From an uncultured Gemmatimonadales bacterium (GTDB taxonomy: Bacteria > Gemmatimonadota > Gemmatimonadetes > Gemmatimonadales > GWC2-71-9), in NCBI GenBank assembly GCA_963739455.1, contig CAVUAK010000001.1, positions 2,240,001 to 2,304,000 of the forward strand: a DNA stretch of 64,000 bases, given 5' to 3'. Every line of letters starts with the position of its first letter. Position 1 is the first letter of the stretch. The position numbers and the translations under genes were made by a program. A model generated the notes under the pieces. The model made no database searches, had not been told where the DNA came from, and saw only the letters and a program-made list of their open reading frames with translations. Positions 9,412 to 21,524 of this stretch are shown here, piece after piece.

Positions 9412-10862
9412 CCGTGCCCGCGCGAGCACTGCTCGACAGCCTGCGGCGCGCCGACCTGCTGGTGGAGGCTGATGCGCTGCCGGCGGTGACGGGGATCGGC
9501 ACCGACAGCCGGAGCGTGACGCCGGGGCTGCTCTACGTGGCGGTGCGCGGATCGCAGGCCGACGGACACCGCTTCATTCCCGATGCCCTGGCGCGCGGAG
9601 CGGCCGGCGTCGTGGTGGAGGCGCGACAGCAGCTTGCCGCACCGCAGGTGGTGGTGCGCGATGGCCGCCGTGCCGCGCTGGTGCTCGCACGCGAGTGGTT
9701 CGGCGACCCGGCCGCGGACCTGCAACTCGTCGGCGTGACCGGTACCAACGGCAAGACCACCACCACGGCGCTGGTGCGTCACCTGTTCAACGCCGAGGGC
9801 ACCGCGGCCAGCATCGGGACGCTCGGCGCGTTCGATGGCCAGGGCGACAGCGTGGAGTCCACCGCGGGCTCGCTCACGACACCGGGCCCGGTGGACCTCC
9901 AGGCGACATTCCGTGCGCTGCGCGATCGCGGCTGTACCACCGTGGCCATGGAGACGTCGTCGCACAGCCTCGACCAGGGGCGGCTCGATGGGCTGGCGTT
10001 TGCGGCCGGCATCTTCACCAACCTCACCCGCGACCATCTCGACTATCACGGCACCATGGAGGCCTACCTCGCCGCCAAGCTCAAGCTGGCGACGCTGCTC
10101 CGGATCGGTGGTACCGAGGTGGTGAACATCGACGATCCGGCCTGGACGGCACTGCCCGGCGGTGACCGCCGCGTCACCTTCGGGCTGGCCCCGGACGCCG
10201 ACGTGCGCGCGGCGCACCTCGAGCTGGCTGCGGCGGGCAGCCGCTTCCTGCTGGACGGGCAGTTCGGGTGCGCCGAGGTGGCGTTGCCGCTCCTGGGTGA
10301 CTTCAACGTGGCCAACGCGCTGGCTGCAGCGGCGTGTGCGCTGGCGCTCGGTCACCCGATTGCCGACGTGGCGACGCGGCTCAGCGCGGCGCCGCAGGTG
10401 CCGGGGCGGATGGAACTCATCAGCGATCGTCCCTGCGCGGTGCTGCGCGACTACGCGCACACCCCCGACGCGCTGGAGCGCGCGCTCCGCACGCTCCGCC
10501 CACTGACGCCGGGGCGCATCATCGTGGTCTTCGGTTGTGGCGGCGACCGCGACCGGGGCAAGCGCCCGATCATGGGCCAGCTGGCCGCGGAACTGGCCGA
10601 CCTGCCGGTGGTGACGTCGGACAACCCGCGCACGGAAAATCCCGACGCGATCATCGACGACGTGGAGCAGGGCATGGGTTCGGTGCCGCGACTGCGCATC
10701 GCCGACCGGCGCCTGGCGATTGCAGCGGCACTGAACGAGGCGCGCCCTGGCGACACACTACTGCTCGCCGGCAAGGGCCACGAGACCTACCAGGTGATCG
10801 GCACCGAGAAGCAGCCCTTCGACGAGCGCGAAATCGTGCTCGCGGCGCTCGGCACCAGATGA
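9408..10862 (+). CDS. murE: UDP-MurNAc-tripeptide synthetase
   Basis: GVTGTNGKTT, METSSHSL, FTNLTRDHLDYH, DYAHTPD, SDNPR, AGKGHE. Confidence 0.95.
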   Translation: MTVPARALLDSLRRADLLVEADALPAVTGIGTDSRSVTPGLLYVAVRGSQADGHRFIPDALARGAAGVVVEARQQLAAPQVVVRDGRRAALVLAREWFGDPAADLQLVGVTGTNGKTTTTALVRHLFNAEGTAASIGTLGAFDGQGDSVESTAGSLTTPGPVDLQATFRALRDRGCTTVAMETSSHSLDQGRLDGLAFAAGIFTNLTRDHLDYHGTMEAYLAAKLKLATLLRIGGTEVVNIDDPAWTALPGGDRRVTFGLAPDADVRAAHLELAAAGSRFLLDGQFGCAEVALPLLGDFNVANALAAAACALALGHPIADVATRLSAAPQVPGRMELISDRPCAVLRDYAHTPDALERALRTLRPLTPGRIIVVFGCGGDRDRGKRPIMGQLAAELADLPVVTSDNPRTENPDAIIDDVEQGMGSVPRLRIADRRLAIAAALNEARPGDTLLLAGKGHETYQVIGTEKQPFDEREIVLAALGTR

Positions 10863-12214
10863 GTCCCTGGACCGCTGCGTTGATCCAGCAGGCACTCGGG
10901 CTTGCGGCGCGCCCGACAACCGCATCATGGACGGCCGTCTCCACCGATACCAGGAGCATCGAACCCGGGGCACTCTTCCTGGCGCTGGTGGGTGAGCGTT
11001 TCGACGGGCACAACTACCTCGCGGCCGCGCGCGACCAGGGCGCCACTTCCGCCGTGGTGCGCCGTGGCACGGCGCCGGTGCCGGGTCTCGAGCTGCTCGA
11101 GGTGGACGACACGCTTCGTGCCTACGGCGACATTGCACGGGCACGCCGCCGCCTTGCTCAAGGGACCGGTGGTGTGCGTCACCGGAAACAATGGCAAGAC
11201 GACGGTGAAGGAGATGGTGGCGACGGTGCTCCGGACGCGCTTCCGGGTGCACGCAACGCGGGCCAACAACAACAACCTCGTCGGGGTGCCGCTCACGATC
11301 ATCGAGGCGCCATGGGACGTCGAGGCACTCGTCATCGAGGGCGGCGGCAACATCCCAGGCGAGTTGCCGCGCTACCGGGAGATCATCGAACCGACGATCA
11401 CGGTCGCGACCAATGCCACCGAGGGTCACCTCGAGGGGTATGGATCACTCGAAGCCATCGTGGCTGACACTGTCGCGGTGACCGCAGGGGTTGCGCTCGC
11501 CGTGGTGGGAATGGAACCGCGGTCGCTGGCAGAGGGTGCGCGCCGCGTTGCCGGGAAGGTGATCACCGTCGGGTGGCAGGACGCGGACCGGGTTCCCGAG
11601 GTGCTCGGCAGCGACGCGCTGGCCCGGCCCCGCGTGCGCCTGGCGGGGCAGGAGGTCCAGTTGCCACTTCCCGGCAGGCACCAGGCGCTCAATGCCGAGT
11701 TCGCGTGGGCGGTGGCGCCAGGCAGCCGGCATCAGCGGCGAGGCGGCGGCGAAGGCCCTCGCGACGGTGACGGTGCCGGGGGGCCGGAGCGAACTGAGCC
11801 AGGTGGGCTCGCTCACCATCCTGAACGACTGCTACAACGCGAACCCGCACTCATTCGCGGCCTCGATCGCCACGGCAGGCGAACTGCGCCGCGGCCGGCG
11901 GCTGGTGTTCGTGGCGGGCACGATGCGCGAACTCGGGCCCGACGCCGAACGACTGCATCGAGGAGGTGGCCGCACAGATCGTGGCGCTCGATCCCGAGCT
12001 GATCGCGGCGGTGGGCGAGTTCGTGCCAGCCTTCCAGCGGTGGGCAGGGACGCTGGGCGAGCGGCTCATCACCGCCGACGATGCCCCCGCCATGGGTCCG
12101 CTGCTCGCATCGCGGCTTCGCGGCGATGAAGTCCTCGTGCTGAAAGGGTCCCGCGGGGCAGCGCTCGAACGTATACTTCCGGCCATTACTGGCCGTGCCG
12201 CCGCCCCGCACTGA
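10859..12214 (+). CDS. murF: UDP-MurNAc-pentapeptide synthetase (frameshifted near 11140, 11715, 11960)
   Basis: Fragments in successive frames: STDTR/GERFDGH, VTGNNGKTTVKEM, NDCYNANP/GTMRELG, LKGSRG. Confidence 0.9.
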
Positions 12215-12220
12215 GGCCCG

Positions 12221-13349
12221 ATGCTCTACTACCTGCTCGCTCCGCTGGGCAAGAAGTATCTCCTCTTCAACCTCATCAACTACCTGAGCTTCCGCGCGGC
12301 GGCCGCGATGGTCACCGCGCTGCTGATCGCGTTCCTGGTGGGCCCGGGCATCATCGCGCGGCTCCGGGCGCACAAGGTGGGGCAGGTGATCCGCGCCGAG
12401 GGGCCCGCCAGCCACCAGGGCAAGCGCGGCACGCCGACGATGGGCGGGATCATCATCCTGCTCGCGACGGTCATCCCGACGCTGCTCTGGGCCCGGCTGG
12501 AGAATCGCGCGGTGCTCTTCGCGCTGCTGTCGATTCTCTGGATGGGCGGCATCGGGTTCATCGATGACTACCTCAAGATCGTGCAGGGCAAGTCGCGCGG
12601 GCTGGTGGCGCGCTGGAAGCTGGTGGGGCAGTGCTCCTTCGGCATCGCGCTCGGGCGTCCTGCTCTATCGCTATCCAGTCGTACCGGTAGATACCATCCC
12701 GGCGACTGCCACGACCCTGCCTTTCTTCAAGTACCTCGTGGTCAACTTCTCGCCACTGGTGTTCGTCGCCTTCGTGACGCTGGTCATCACCGGCAGCAGC
12801 AATGCGGTGAACCTGACGGACGGCCTCGACGGACTGGCGGCCGGGCTCTCGGCCATTGCCGCGTTCGGCTTCGCGGTGTTCGCCTACCTGCTGGGCCGCG
12901 TCGACTCCACCGGCTACCTCTACCTCTTCTACCTGCCGGGTGCCGGGGAGATCGCCGTCTTCTGTGCCGCGCTCATGGGTGCGTGCATCGGCTTCCTCTG
13001 GTTCAACGCGCACCCGGCCCAGGTGTTCATGGGCGACACGGGCAGCCTCGCCATCGGTGGCGCATTCGGGGCGGTGGCGATCCTGCTCAAGGCGGAGTTC
13101 CTGCTGCTGCTGATCGGCGGGGTGTTCGTGGCGGAGGCGCTGTCGGTGATGGCGCAGACGTCGGTGTACAAGTGGTTCCGTCGCACGCGAGGGAAAGAGT
13201 ACGCCGATGCGCATCGCGTCTTCCGCATGGCACCGCTGCATCATCACTTCGAGAAGCTGGGCTGGCACGAGACCACGGTGGTGACCCGCTTCTACATCCT
13301 CGGCATCTTCTGCGCGCTGCTGGCGCTCTCCACCCTCAAGCTCCGGTGA
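12221..13349 (+). CDS. mraY: Phospho-MurNAc-pentapeptide transferase (frameshift near 12655)
   Basis: GTPTMGG, GFIDDY, then SNAVNLTDGLDGLA, VFMGDTGS, FRMAPLHHHFE in the next frame. Confidence 0.93.
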
Positions 13350-14702
13350 CACTGCTCGACGACCTCCGCGCGGAGGGCAGGGAGACGCGATCATCGGGCT
13401 GGGCAAGAGCGGTGTCGCGGCGGGCCTGCTGCTGCGCGACCACGCGGTGCCGGTGTACGCCTCGGAAATCAGGGACAGCGACACTACGCAGAAGTGGGCA
13501 GGCACGCTGCGCGCCGCCGGTGCGGAGGTGGAGCTTGGCGCTCACGACCTCGCGCGCATCGCGCGCGCGGGCACCGTGATCGTGGCGCCGGGCGTGCCGC
13601 CGGAAGCGCCGCCGATCCGGGCCGCCGCCGACGCGAACATCCCGATCCTGGCGGAAGTGGATCTCGGCTTCACGGCGCTGCCCACGACCAGGTTCGTGGC
13701 GCTGACCGGCACCAACGGCAAGACCACGACGACGTCGCTGGTGGCTCACCTCATGACGGCCACCGGGCTCGACGCCGTGGCGGCAGGCAACATCGGGTTG
13801 CCGCTCTCGGAGGTGGCGCGACGCGCGACGCCGCCCGCGTGGGTGGCGCTCGAGCTCTCGTCGTTCCAGTTGCACGACAGCCCACACATCACGCCGCAGG
13901 TCGGCGTGCTGCTCAACCTCTCGTCCAATCATCTCGACCGCTATCACTCCATCGAGGAGTATTTCGGCGACAAGGCGCTGCTCTTCCGGAACGCGGACGC
14001 GGGGTCGGTGTCGGTGAGCAATGCCGATGACGCCGCGGTGCAGGGGATCATGAAGACAGTACCGGGGCGTCACCTGCGCTTCTCGGTGCAGGAGCGTGCC
14101 GATGGATGGTACGACCGCGCCGGCGGCTGGCTGATGCTGGGCGGTGATCGCCTGCTCGAGCGGGGCCGGCTTCCGCTGCTGGGCGACCACAACATCGCCA
14201 ATGCGCTGGTGGCGGGCCTGGTGCTCCGGGAACTGGGTGCCTCGCTCGACGCGATCGCGAAAGGGCTGACTACCTTCCGGGCAATTCCGCACCGGGTCGA
14301 GCCGGTGCGCGAGGTGAATGGCGTGCTGTGGATCAACGACTCGAAGTCCACCAACGTCACGTCCACCGAGGTGGCGATCGCGGCAGCTCGACCGGCCGTT
14401 CGTGCTGCTGCTGGGCGGGCGGCACAAGGGTGAGCCGTACACGAGGCTCGGGCCGCTGCTGCGCCCCCGGTGTCGCGCGGTGGTGGCGTACGGCGAGTCG
14501 GGCGACCAGATCGAGCGGGACCTGCATGGTGCGGTGCGCGTGGTGCGCGCGGGCACCTTCACGAACGTGGTGGAGACGGCGGCCAGCCTGGCCCAGCGCG
14601 GCGACGCGGTGCTCCTCTCTCCCGGCCTGTTCCAGCTACGACATGTTCAACAACTACGAGGAGCGCGGAGACACGTTCCGCGCGCTGGTCGAGGCGCTCT
14701 GA
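13346..14702 (+). CDS. murD: UDP-MurNAc-L-Ala:D-Glu ligase (frameshifts near 13385, 14380, 14625)
   Basis: IIGLGKSG, LTGTNGKTTT, LELSSFQL, HLDRY, INDSKSTN, LLSP/ACSSYDMF. Confidence 0.92.
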
Positions 14703-15875
14703 TGGCAGCACCAATGGTTCGGCACCCTGGCGAGCTGAGGTGGGAAACGCGACTGCTCGCCGTCGTGGTGCTGACGCTGCTCGTGTTCGGCATCGCCACC
14801 GTGTATGGTGCGGCCGGACTCCAGACGAAGGGGGCGGGGCTCAACATCGCGCTGAGCCAGCTCTCCGGCGCGCTGATCGGCGGAATCCTGCTGGTGGCGG
14901 TCGCGCGGGTGGACTACCGGGTGTGGCAGCGCTTCGCCTGGCCGTTGCTCCTCGTCACCATCGGCTTCCTCATCATTCCGCTGCTTCCGTTCACGTACAG
15001 CATCGCGCCGCTCATCAACGGCGCGCGGCGCTGGGTACAGATCGGGCCCCTCCGACTGCAGCCCTCCGAGCTGGCGCGACTCGCCGTCGTCATCTGGTGC
15101 GCGATGCTCGCGGCCCGGAAGGGCGACGCAGTGCGCGGCTTCAAGAAGGGTGTGCTGCCGTTCCTGGTGGGGATGGGCGCGCTCTCGGGGCTCATCGTGC
15201 TCGAGCCCAACATGTCGATGGCGACACTGGTGGCGCTCTGCGGCGCGATGGTGCTCTTCTCGGCGGGCGCCAAGCTGGGACACTTCATGCTGCTCGGCCT
15301 GGGGGCGATGCTGCTCGCGGCCCAGGCGGTGATCATGACGCCATACCGGATGAAGCGCGTGCTCGCGTTCATCGACCCCGACAAGGTGGGCGCCGACGCG
15401 CATCACCAGATCAACGAATCGATCATCGGCGTGGGCGCCGGCCGCTTTCTCGGCGTGGGTTTCGGCGAGGGACAGCAGAAGTTCCACCTGCCCTATGCCT
15501 ACTCCGACTTCCTCTTCAGCACGATCGCGGAGGAATGGGGCTTCGTGGGCGTGTGTCCTCGTGGTGCTGCTCTTCTCGCTGTTCTGCTGGCTTGGCTTCC
15601 GCATCGCGCGCACGGCGGCGGACACGTTCGGCCAGTACCTCGCCGTGGGACTCACCAGTGCTGTCGGGCTGACGGCGTTCCTGCACATGGCGGTGTCGCT
15701 CGGCCTGATGCCGACCACGGGGCTGACGCTGCCGTTCATGTCGTACGGGCGGACGAGCCTGGTCATTTCGCTGGTCGGCGCGGGAATCCTGATCAACATC
15801 GGGCGGATGCGGGGGAAGCCGGCACCCAGAACCGCGGGGAACAGGGAACAGGGAACAGGGAACAGGAACTCGTGA
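14702..15875 (+). CDS. ftsW: SEDS peptidoglycan glycosyltransferase (frameshift near 15555)
   Basis: NGARRW, LQPSEL, LPYAYSDF, LMPTTGLTLPFMSYG. Confidence 0.9.
15837..15869 (+). repeat. (GGGAACA)4 heptamer array in the 3' end of ftsW
   Basis: Four perfect units plus GGAAC; translated as GNREQGTGNRN. Confidence 0.95.
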
Positions 15876-16985
15876 GTCCCAAGGTGCACTCCTCGGGCTC
15901 ACGCATCCTCATCGCGGGTGGCGGGACCGGCGGGCACCTCATGCCGGCGCTTGTCGGTGGCGGAGGCACTGCGCTCGATGCCGGCGGGCTTCGAGCCGGT
16001 GCTGATCGGCGCGCAGCGCGGCGTCGAGGCGAAGCTGCTGCAACACCGGAATTTCCGGTATCACCTCCTGCCCGCCGAGCCGATCTACCGGCGCCAGTGG
16101 TGGAAGAATGCCCGCTGGTCATTCGCCGGAATCAACCTGCTCCGAAAGTTGAGCAAGCTGTTCCGCGAGGAGCATCCGGTGGCAGTGCTGGGCACCGGCG
16201 GCTATGCGAGCGCCCCGGTGGTGTGGTGGGCCAGCCGCCTCGGCATCCCGACGGCGATCCAGGAACAGAATGCGTATCCGGGGCTGTCGAACCGGTGGCT
16301 GGCGAAGCGAGTGCAGGAGATTTATCTCGGCCTGCCGGAGGCGATGTCGCACTTCGACAAGGGCACCACGGCGCGGATGATCGAGACCGGCAACCCGATC
16401 GCGCCGCCGACACCTGGCCGGGCGGAGCATGCGCGACTGCGCTTCGGCCTCAAGCCGGGGCGCCGGACAGTGCTCATCACCGGTGGGAGCCAGGGCGCGC
16501 TCGCGATCAATGCGGCGGTGGCCGACTGGATCGGGGCAGGAGAGCCGCGCGGTGTGGACATCCTCTGGGTGACCGGCTCCAGCACGTACGAGCAGTTCAA
16601 GCACTTCCACGAGCCGCCGCATGTGCAGGTCATTTCCTTCCTCGACCCGATGGCCGACGGCTACGCGGTGGCCGACCTGGTGGTGTCGCGCGCCGGGATG
16701 ATCACCATCGCCGAGCTGTGCGCGTGGGGGCTGCCCGGCATCCTGATCCCGCTTCCCACCGCAGCGGCCGACCACCAGACGGGCAATGCCCGGGCAATGG
16801 AGATGGCGGGCGCGGCGGCCCTGCTGCTGCAAAGTGAACTCACCGGCAAGCGCCTGGGGGAGGAGATCGGGCGCCTGTTCGAGTTCCCCGAGGCACGGCG
16901 CGAGATGGCGGATCAGGCCCGGAAGCGGGGCCGGCCCGACGCTGCGCGCGACATCGCCGGCCGGCTGGCCGCCCTGGCTGGGTAA
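15872..16985 (+). CDS. murG: Lipid II GlcNAc transferase (frameshift near 15953)
   Basis: IAGGGTGGHLMPA, GTGGYAS, EQNAYPG, TGNP, GGSQGA, VSRAG. Confidence 0.93.
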
Positions 16986-17043
16986 CTGTCCAGTTTCCGG
17001 ACTGTTCCCGGCGTCACAACTGTCCTAAATTCAGCAAGTTACG

Positions 17044-18417
17044 ATGGATCTTTTCGCCACAGACGACTCGCGTCCGGTGCATTTCATGGGCATCGGCGGC
17101 GCCGGAATGAGTGCCTTGGCGCTCCTGGCCCGCCGCCGAGGCGTGGTGATCAGCGGCTGCGACAACGACCGCAGCGGGGCTGACGACCTCATCGCGCTGG
17201 GCGTGCCGGTGGCGCAGGGTCATGCCGCGGCGCACGTGCAGGGATGCCGCGCGGTGGTGGTCACGGCGGCGGTGCCCACGGATCATCCGGAATTGCTCGC
17301 GGCGCGCGCGGCGGGCATCCCGGTGGTGCCGCGCAAGGAAGCGCTGGCAGCACTCTGCGCCGGCCGCGAGACCGTGGCGGTGAGCGGCACCCACGGAAAG
17401 ACCAGCACCACCGCGATGGCGACCGAGGCGCTCATCGAGGCGGGTCTCGACCCGACCGGCCTTGCCGGCGGACGAGTGTCCACCTGGGGCGGGAATGCGC
17501 GGGTTGGAGCCGACCAGCTCTTCGTGGTGGAAGCTGATGAGTACGACCAGGCGTTCCTGGCGCTCTCTCCCACGGTCGCGATCGTCAACAACGTCGAGGC
17601 AGACCATCTCGAGTGCTACGGCTCCCTCGAGGCGCTGGAGACAGCTTTCGTAACCTTTGCGTCGCGCGCCAGGGTAGCAATCGTCGGCATCGACGATCCT
17701 GGCGCCGCGCGGATCGCTGCGCGGCTCAGCAACAAGGTGGTCCGGTTCGGCGTGAGCAGCGAGGCGGACGCGCGCCTGCATGACATTACGCAGCGCCCCG
17801 ATCACACACATGCTCGCGTGCGCTTCGCGGACGGCGGTGAAATCGGGCTGACGCTGCACGTGCCGGGACTGCACAACCTTCGCAACGCGACGGCGGCATT
17901 GCTCGCGGTGGACGCGGTTGGCGGCGACCTGGAGGCCGCGGTCACGGCGCTCTCGCGGTACCGCGGCGTCGGGCGGCGGTTCGAGCGGGTGGGTGTTGCC
18001 GGCGGCGTGGACGTGATAGACGACTACGCCCACCATCCCTCGGAACTGGTGGCGACGCTCGAGGCGGCCCGCCAGGTATTTCCGGGACGGCGCCTGGTGG
18101 CTGTGTTCCAGCCGCACCTGTACTCGAGGACCGAACTGCACGGCGACGCGATGGGCACCGCCCTCGCCGCGGCCGACCTGGTCGTCGTCACCGAGATCTA
18201 CGCCGCCCGGGAGCAGCCGGTGCCGGGAGTAACCGGACGCCGGGTGGCCGATGCGGTGAAGGCGGCCGGCGGAACGGTGCACTTCGAAGCCGATCGTGCA
18301 GGGCTGGGACGGGCGGTCGCGTCGCACCTCCGGTCCGGCGACGTCGTGCTGACGATGGGCGCTGGTGACATCACGCGCGTTGGTCCGGAGCTGGTGGGCC
18401 TGCTGCAGCAGCGATGA
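17044..18417 (+). CDS. murC: UDP-MurNAc:L-Ala ligase
   Basis: HFMGIGGAGMS, GTHGKTSTT, VEADEYD, GVGRRF, DDYAHHPSE, FQPHLYSRT. Confidence 0.96.
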   Translation: MDLFATDDSRPVHFMGIGGAGMSALALLARRRGVVISGCDNDRSGADDLIALGVPVAQGHAAAHVQGCRAVVVTAAVPTDHPELLAARAAGIPVVPRKEALAALCAGRETVAVSGTHGKTSTTAMATEALIEAGLDPTGLAGGRVSTWGGNARVGADQLFVVEADEYDQAFLALSPTVAIVNNVEADHLECYGSLEALETAFVTFASRARVAIVGIDDPGAARIAARLSNKVVRFGVSSEADARLHDITQRPDHTHARVRFADGGEIGLTLHVPGLHNLRNATAALLAVDAVGGDLEAAVTALSRYRGVGRRFERVGVAGGVDVIDDYAHHPSELVATLEAARQVFPGRRLVAVFQPHLYSRTELHGDAMGTALAAADLVVVTEIYAAREQPVPGVTGRRVADAVKAAGGTVHFEADRAGLGRAVASHLRSGDVVLTMGAGDITRVGPELVGLLQQR

Positions 18418-19088
18418 AGCCGGGCTGGTACGTGCTGGGATCGCTGGTCCTTCTCGGGTTGGGCTGGTTCCTGGCCCCGAAACTCGGCCGGCGTCTCGCC
18501 TTCTTCGACGTGAGGAACGTCGAGGTGGTGGGCGCCCAGTTCGTACCAATGAGTACCATTGTGGGTTCGCTCAAGCTCCCGGCGTCGGCCAGCATCTTCG
18601 ATCCACTCGGGCCGGTGGCGTCGCGAGTGCGCAAGCTCCCAGGCATCAAGGGGGTCGAGATCAGCCGCCGCCTGCCGGGCACGCTGGTGGTACGGGTGAC
18701 GGAAGTGATACCGGTGGCGCTCGCGACCACGAAGGACGGGCTCCGCATGGTGGACGGGCGGGGGCGCACGCTGCCCTTCGATCCCTCGCGCACGGCGCCC
18801 GACCTGCCGGTGATGCCGGTGCCCGACTCGATGGTCGCAGCATTTCTCGGCCGGGTGCGTGAGATCGACCCGGCGTTCTACGCCAAGGTGGACGCGGCGT
18901 GGCAGTCCCAGGGTGACGTGGTGTTGCGGATGCAGGACCATCGCGTCTGGCTCCGGGCCGATGCCGGACCGGCCGACTTGCGCGCGATCAAGCTGGTGGA
19001 ACAGGACCTGGCCCGGCGGGGAAAGCCCTACGCCGAGCTCGACGGACGATTCGCGGACCAGGTGGTGGTCCGCTGGAGCGCGGCATGA
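18414..19088 (+). CDS. ftsQ: Cell division protein FtsQ/DivIB
   Basis: TM helix, POTRA-like segment (VRNVEVVG...RRLPGTLVVRVTE), C-terminal LDGRFADQVVVR. Confidence 0.85.
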   Translation: MKPGWYVLGSLVLLGLGWFLAPKLGRRLAFFDVRNVEVVGAQFVPMSTIVGSLKLPASASIFDPLGPVASRVRKLPGIKGVEISRRLPGTLVVRVTEVIPVALATTKDGLRMVDGRGRTLPFDPSRTAPDLPVMPVPDSMVAAFLGRVREIDPAFYAKVDAAWQSQGDVVLRMQDHRVWLRADAGPADLRAIKLVEQDLARRGKPYAELDGRFADQVVVRWSAA

Positions 19089-20335
19089 CCGAACCGCAAA
19101 AACAGCTGGTGGCTGCCATCGACCTCGGCACGACGAAGGTCTCTGCAGCCGTCGCCGAGGCCACGGGCGACCCCCGTCACCCCACGGCCAAGGTGCTGGG
19201 GTTCGGCATCGAGCGAACCCAGGGCGTGCGGCGCGGAGTGGTGCGGGACATCGAGGAGGCCACCCGGGCCATCACCAAGGCGATGAGCGCGGCGCAGAAG
19301 ATGGCGGGCGCCGAGATCGGCACGGTGTACATCGGAGTTGCGGGTGAGCATGTCGCCGGGCGCACCTCGCATGGCATGGTGTCGGTGACCAGCGACGAGA
19401 TCCGCACCAGCGACGTCGCCCGGGTCAATGATATGGCGAGCAATATCTCCTTCGGGCGCGACCACGAACTGCTGCACGCCATCCCGCTCGACTACCTGGT
19501 GGACCAGCAGGGCGGCATCACCGAGCCGATCGGCATGACGGGCTCCCGGCTCGAGGCCGAGGTGTACCTGGTCACGGTGCTGTCGAGCGTGGTCACCAAC
19601 CTGCGGAAATGCTCGGAGAAGGCCGGCTTCCAGGTTGGCGAATTCGTGCTGGAGCCGCTGGCCGCTTCCACCGCGGTGCTCACCAGCGACGAGAGGGAAC
19701 TGGGCTGTGCCATCGTGGAGCTGGGGGGCGGCTCAACCAACGTGGCAATCTTCCAGCATGGGAAGATCCGGCACACGGCGTCGCTCCTCTGTGCCGGAGG
19801 GCACGTCACCAACGACATCGTTCACGGGCTACAGGTGACGCAGGCCGACGCCGAGCGACTCAAGGAGCGCTCGGGCTCGGCGTGGGAGCCGCTGGTACCC
19901 GATGCCGACATCATCGAGCTGCCCGGCACGCCGGGCCAGGGAGCCCGGACCGCGCAGCGCCGGGTGCTTGCGCATATCATGCATGCGCGCATGCAGGAGA
20001 CGCTGGAATACGCGCTCGACGAAATCAGCAAGGCCGGGTACCACCAGCAGCTTCCCGCCGGTATCATCCTGACAGGTGGCGGCGCGCTCGCGCCGGGCAT
20101 CGTAGAGCTGGCTCGCGAGGTCTTCGCGATGCCGGTGCGAGTCGGGGTGCCGGGGCAGGGTCTTCGCGGCCTGGCCGACAGCTTGGAGACGCCCCGCATG
20201 GCAGTGACCGCAGGCCTGCTGCTCTACGGCGCGCGACAGGAACTTTCAGGTGCCTTCGGGACCGGCGTCCGCCGGAACCGCACAGTTGAGAAGCTCGTGA
20301 CCCCGGTCAAGCGTTGGCTGCAGGACTTTTTCTGA
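19085..20335 (+). CDS. ftsA: Cell division protein FtsA
   Basis: [30 protein letters not shown], amphipathic C-terminus KRWLQDFF. Confidence 0.96.
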   Translation: MTEPQKQLVAAIDLGTTKVSAAVAEATGDPRHPTAKVLGFGIERTQGVRRGVVRDIEEATRAITKAMSAAQKMAGAEIGTVYIGVAGEHVAGRTSHGMVSVTSDEIRTSDVARVNDMASNISFGRDHELLHAIPLDYLVDQQGGITEPIGMTGSRLEAEVYLVTVLSSVVTNLRKCSEKAGFQVGEFVLEPLAASTAVLTSDERELGCAIVELGGGSTNVAIFQHGKIRHTASLLCAGGHVTNDIVHGLQVTQADAERLKERSGSAWEPLVPDADIIELPGTPGQGARTAQRRVLAHIMHARMQETLEYALDEISKAGYHQQLPAGIILTGGGALAPGIVELAREVFAMPVRVGVPGQGLRGLADSLETPRMAVTAGLLLYGARQELSGAFGTGVRRNRTVEKLVTPVKRWLQDFF

Positions 20336-20345
20336 GGAGGGGCGA

Positions 20346-21524
20346 GTGTCCGGAATGATCTTCGAATTCGAGGACGCGGAACGGAACGCGCAGAGCGCCC
20401 GCATGAAGGTCGTCGGTATCGGGGGCGGCGGCGGCAACGCCGTCAACCGGATGATCGACGAGAACCTGCAAGGTGTGGACTTCATCTCGGTCAATACCGA
20501 CGCCCAGGCGCTGACCCGCTCCAAAGCCAGTCACAAGATCCAGATCGGCAAGCGGCTGACCCGCGGACTGGGCGCCGGTGCGCGACCCGAAATCGGGCGC
20601 CAGGCGATCGAGGAAGACCGGGCCGAAGTGCTCGAGGCGCTCCAGGGCGCCGACATGGTGTTCGTCACCTGCGGCATGGGCGGCGGTACTGGTACCGGTG
20701 CGGCACCGATCATCGCCGAGCTGGCGCGTGAAGTGTCGGCGCTGACGGTGGGCATCGTGACGCGGCCGTTCCAGTTCGAGGGAAAGAAGCGGACGCTCCA
20801 GGCCGAGATGGGCATCGCGGAGATGCGGAAGAACGTCGACACCATGATCGTGGTGCCGAACGAGCGCCTCCTGGCCATCGTGGGGAAGGGCACCCAGTTC
20901 CTCGAGGCGCTGAAGAAGGCCGACGAGGTGCTGCTCCACGCCACGCAGGGCATTTCCCGGCTCATCACCACCACCGGCATCATCAACGTCGACTTCGCCG
21001 ACGTACGCACCGTCATGCAGAACGGTGGCGCTGCGCTCATGGGCACTGGCATCGGCCGGGGCGAGAACCGGGCACTCGAGGCGGCACAGCAGGCGATCTC
21101 CAGCCCGTTGCTCGACAACGTGTCGATCACGGGCGCATCGGCGGTGCTGCTGAACATTGTTGGCGGCGACGACCTGACGCTGGGTGAAGCCACCACGATC
21201 TCGGAGATCGTGCACGAAGCGGTGGGTGAGGACGCCGAGATCATCTTCGGCGCCGGCAATGATCCTGCGATGCAGGGCGAGATTCGCGTGACGGTCATTG
21301 CGACGGGCTTCGACCGGGGTCAGCTCCATGAGACGCGCCCGAGCGGCGTGATCTCGTTCCCCGGCCGGCGCAAGCCAGTTCCGTACACGGAGGAGCGCTC
21401 GTCGACCCCACCCCCCCAACCGGCTCAGGTGCGTCCAATGCGCCAGCCGCATCCGCAGGTGCCGCCGGGGGCCGACGTTCCCGACATGGAGATCCCGACG
21501 TTCATCCGTCGCCAGATGGATTGA
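20346..21524 (+). CDS. ftsZ: Cell division GTPase FtsZ
   Basis: [29 protein letters not shown]-terminal [18 protein letters not shown]. Confidence 0.98.
   Translation: MSGMIFEFEDAERNAQSARMKVVGIGGGGGNAVNRMIDENLQGVDFISVNTDAQALTRSKASHKIQIGKRLTRGLGAGARPEIGRQAIEEDRAEVLEALQGADMVFVTCGMGGGTGTGAAPIIAELAREVSALTVGIVTRPFQFEGKKRTLQAEMGIAEMRKNVDTMIVVPNERLLAIVGKGTQFLEALKKADEVLLHATQGISRLITTTGIINVDFADVRTVMQNGGAALMGTGIGRGENRALEAAQQAISSPLLDNVSITGASAVLLNIVGGDDLTLGEATTISEIVHEAVGEDAEIIFGAGNDPAMQGEIRVTVIATGFDRGQLHETRPSGVISFPGRRKPVPYTEERSSTPPPQPAQVRPMRQPHPQVPPGADVPDMEIPTFIRRQMD

Noticed and set aside
7402..9429. Long antisense ORFs (e.g. 7402-9429, 26589-28334, 44990-46912, 54148-55824)
   Set aside because: Shadows of real genes caused by high-GC codon bias; Arg/Ala/Pro-rich with no motifs
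14318..16837. 839-aa MurD-FtsW-MurG fusion ORF
   Set aside because: Produced by frameshifts joining fragments of adjacent genes in one frame
10859..16985. Programmed frameshifting or pseudogenisation of dcw genes
   Set aside because: Too many shifts, no common slippery motif, genes essential; sequencing indels are simpler
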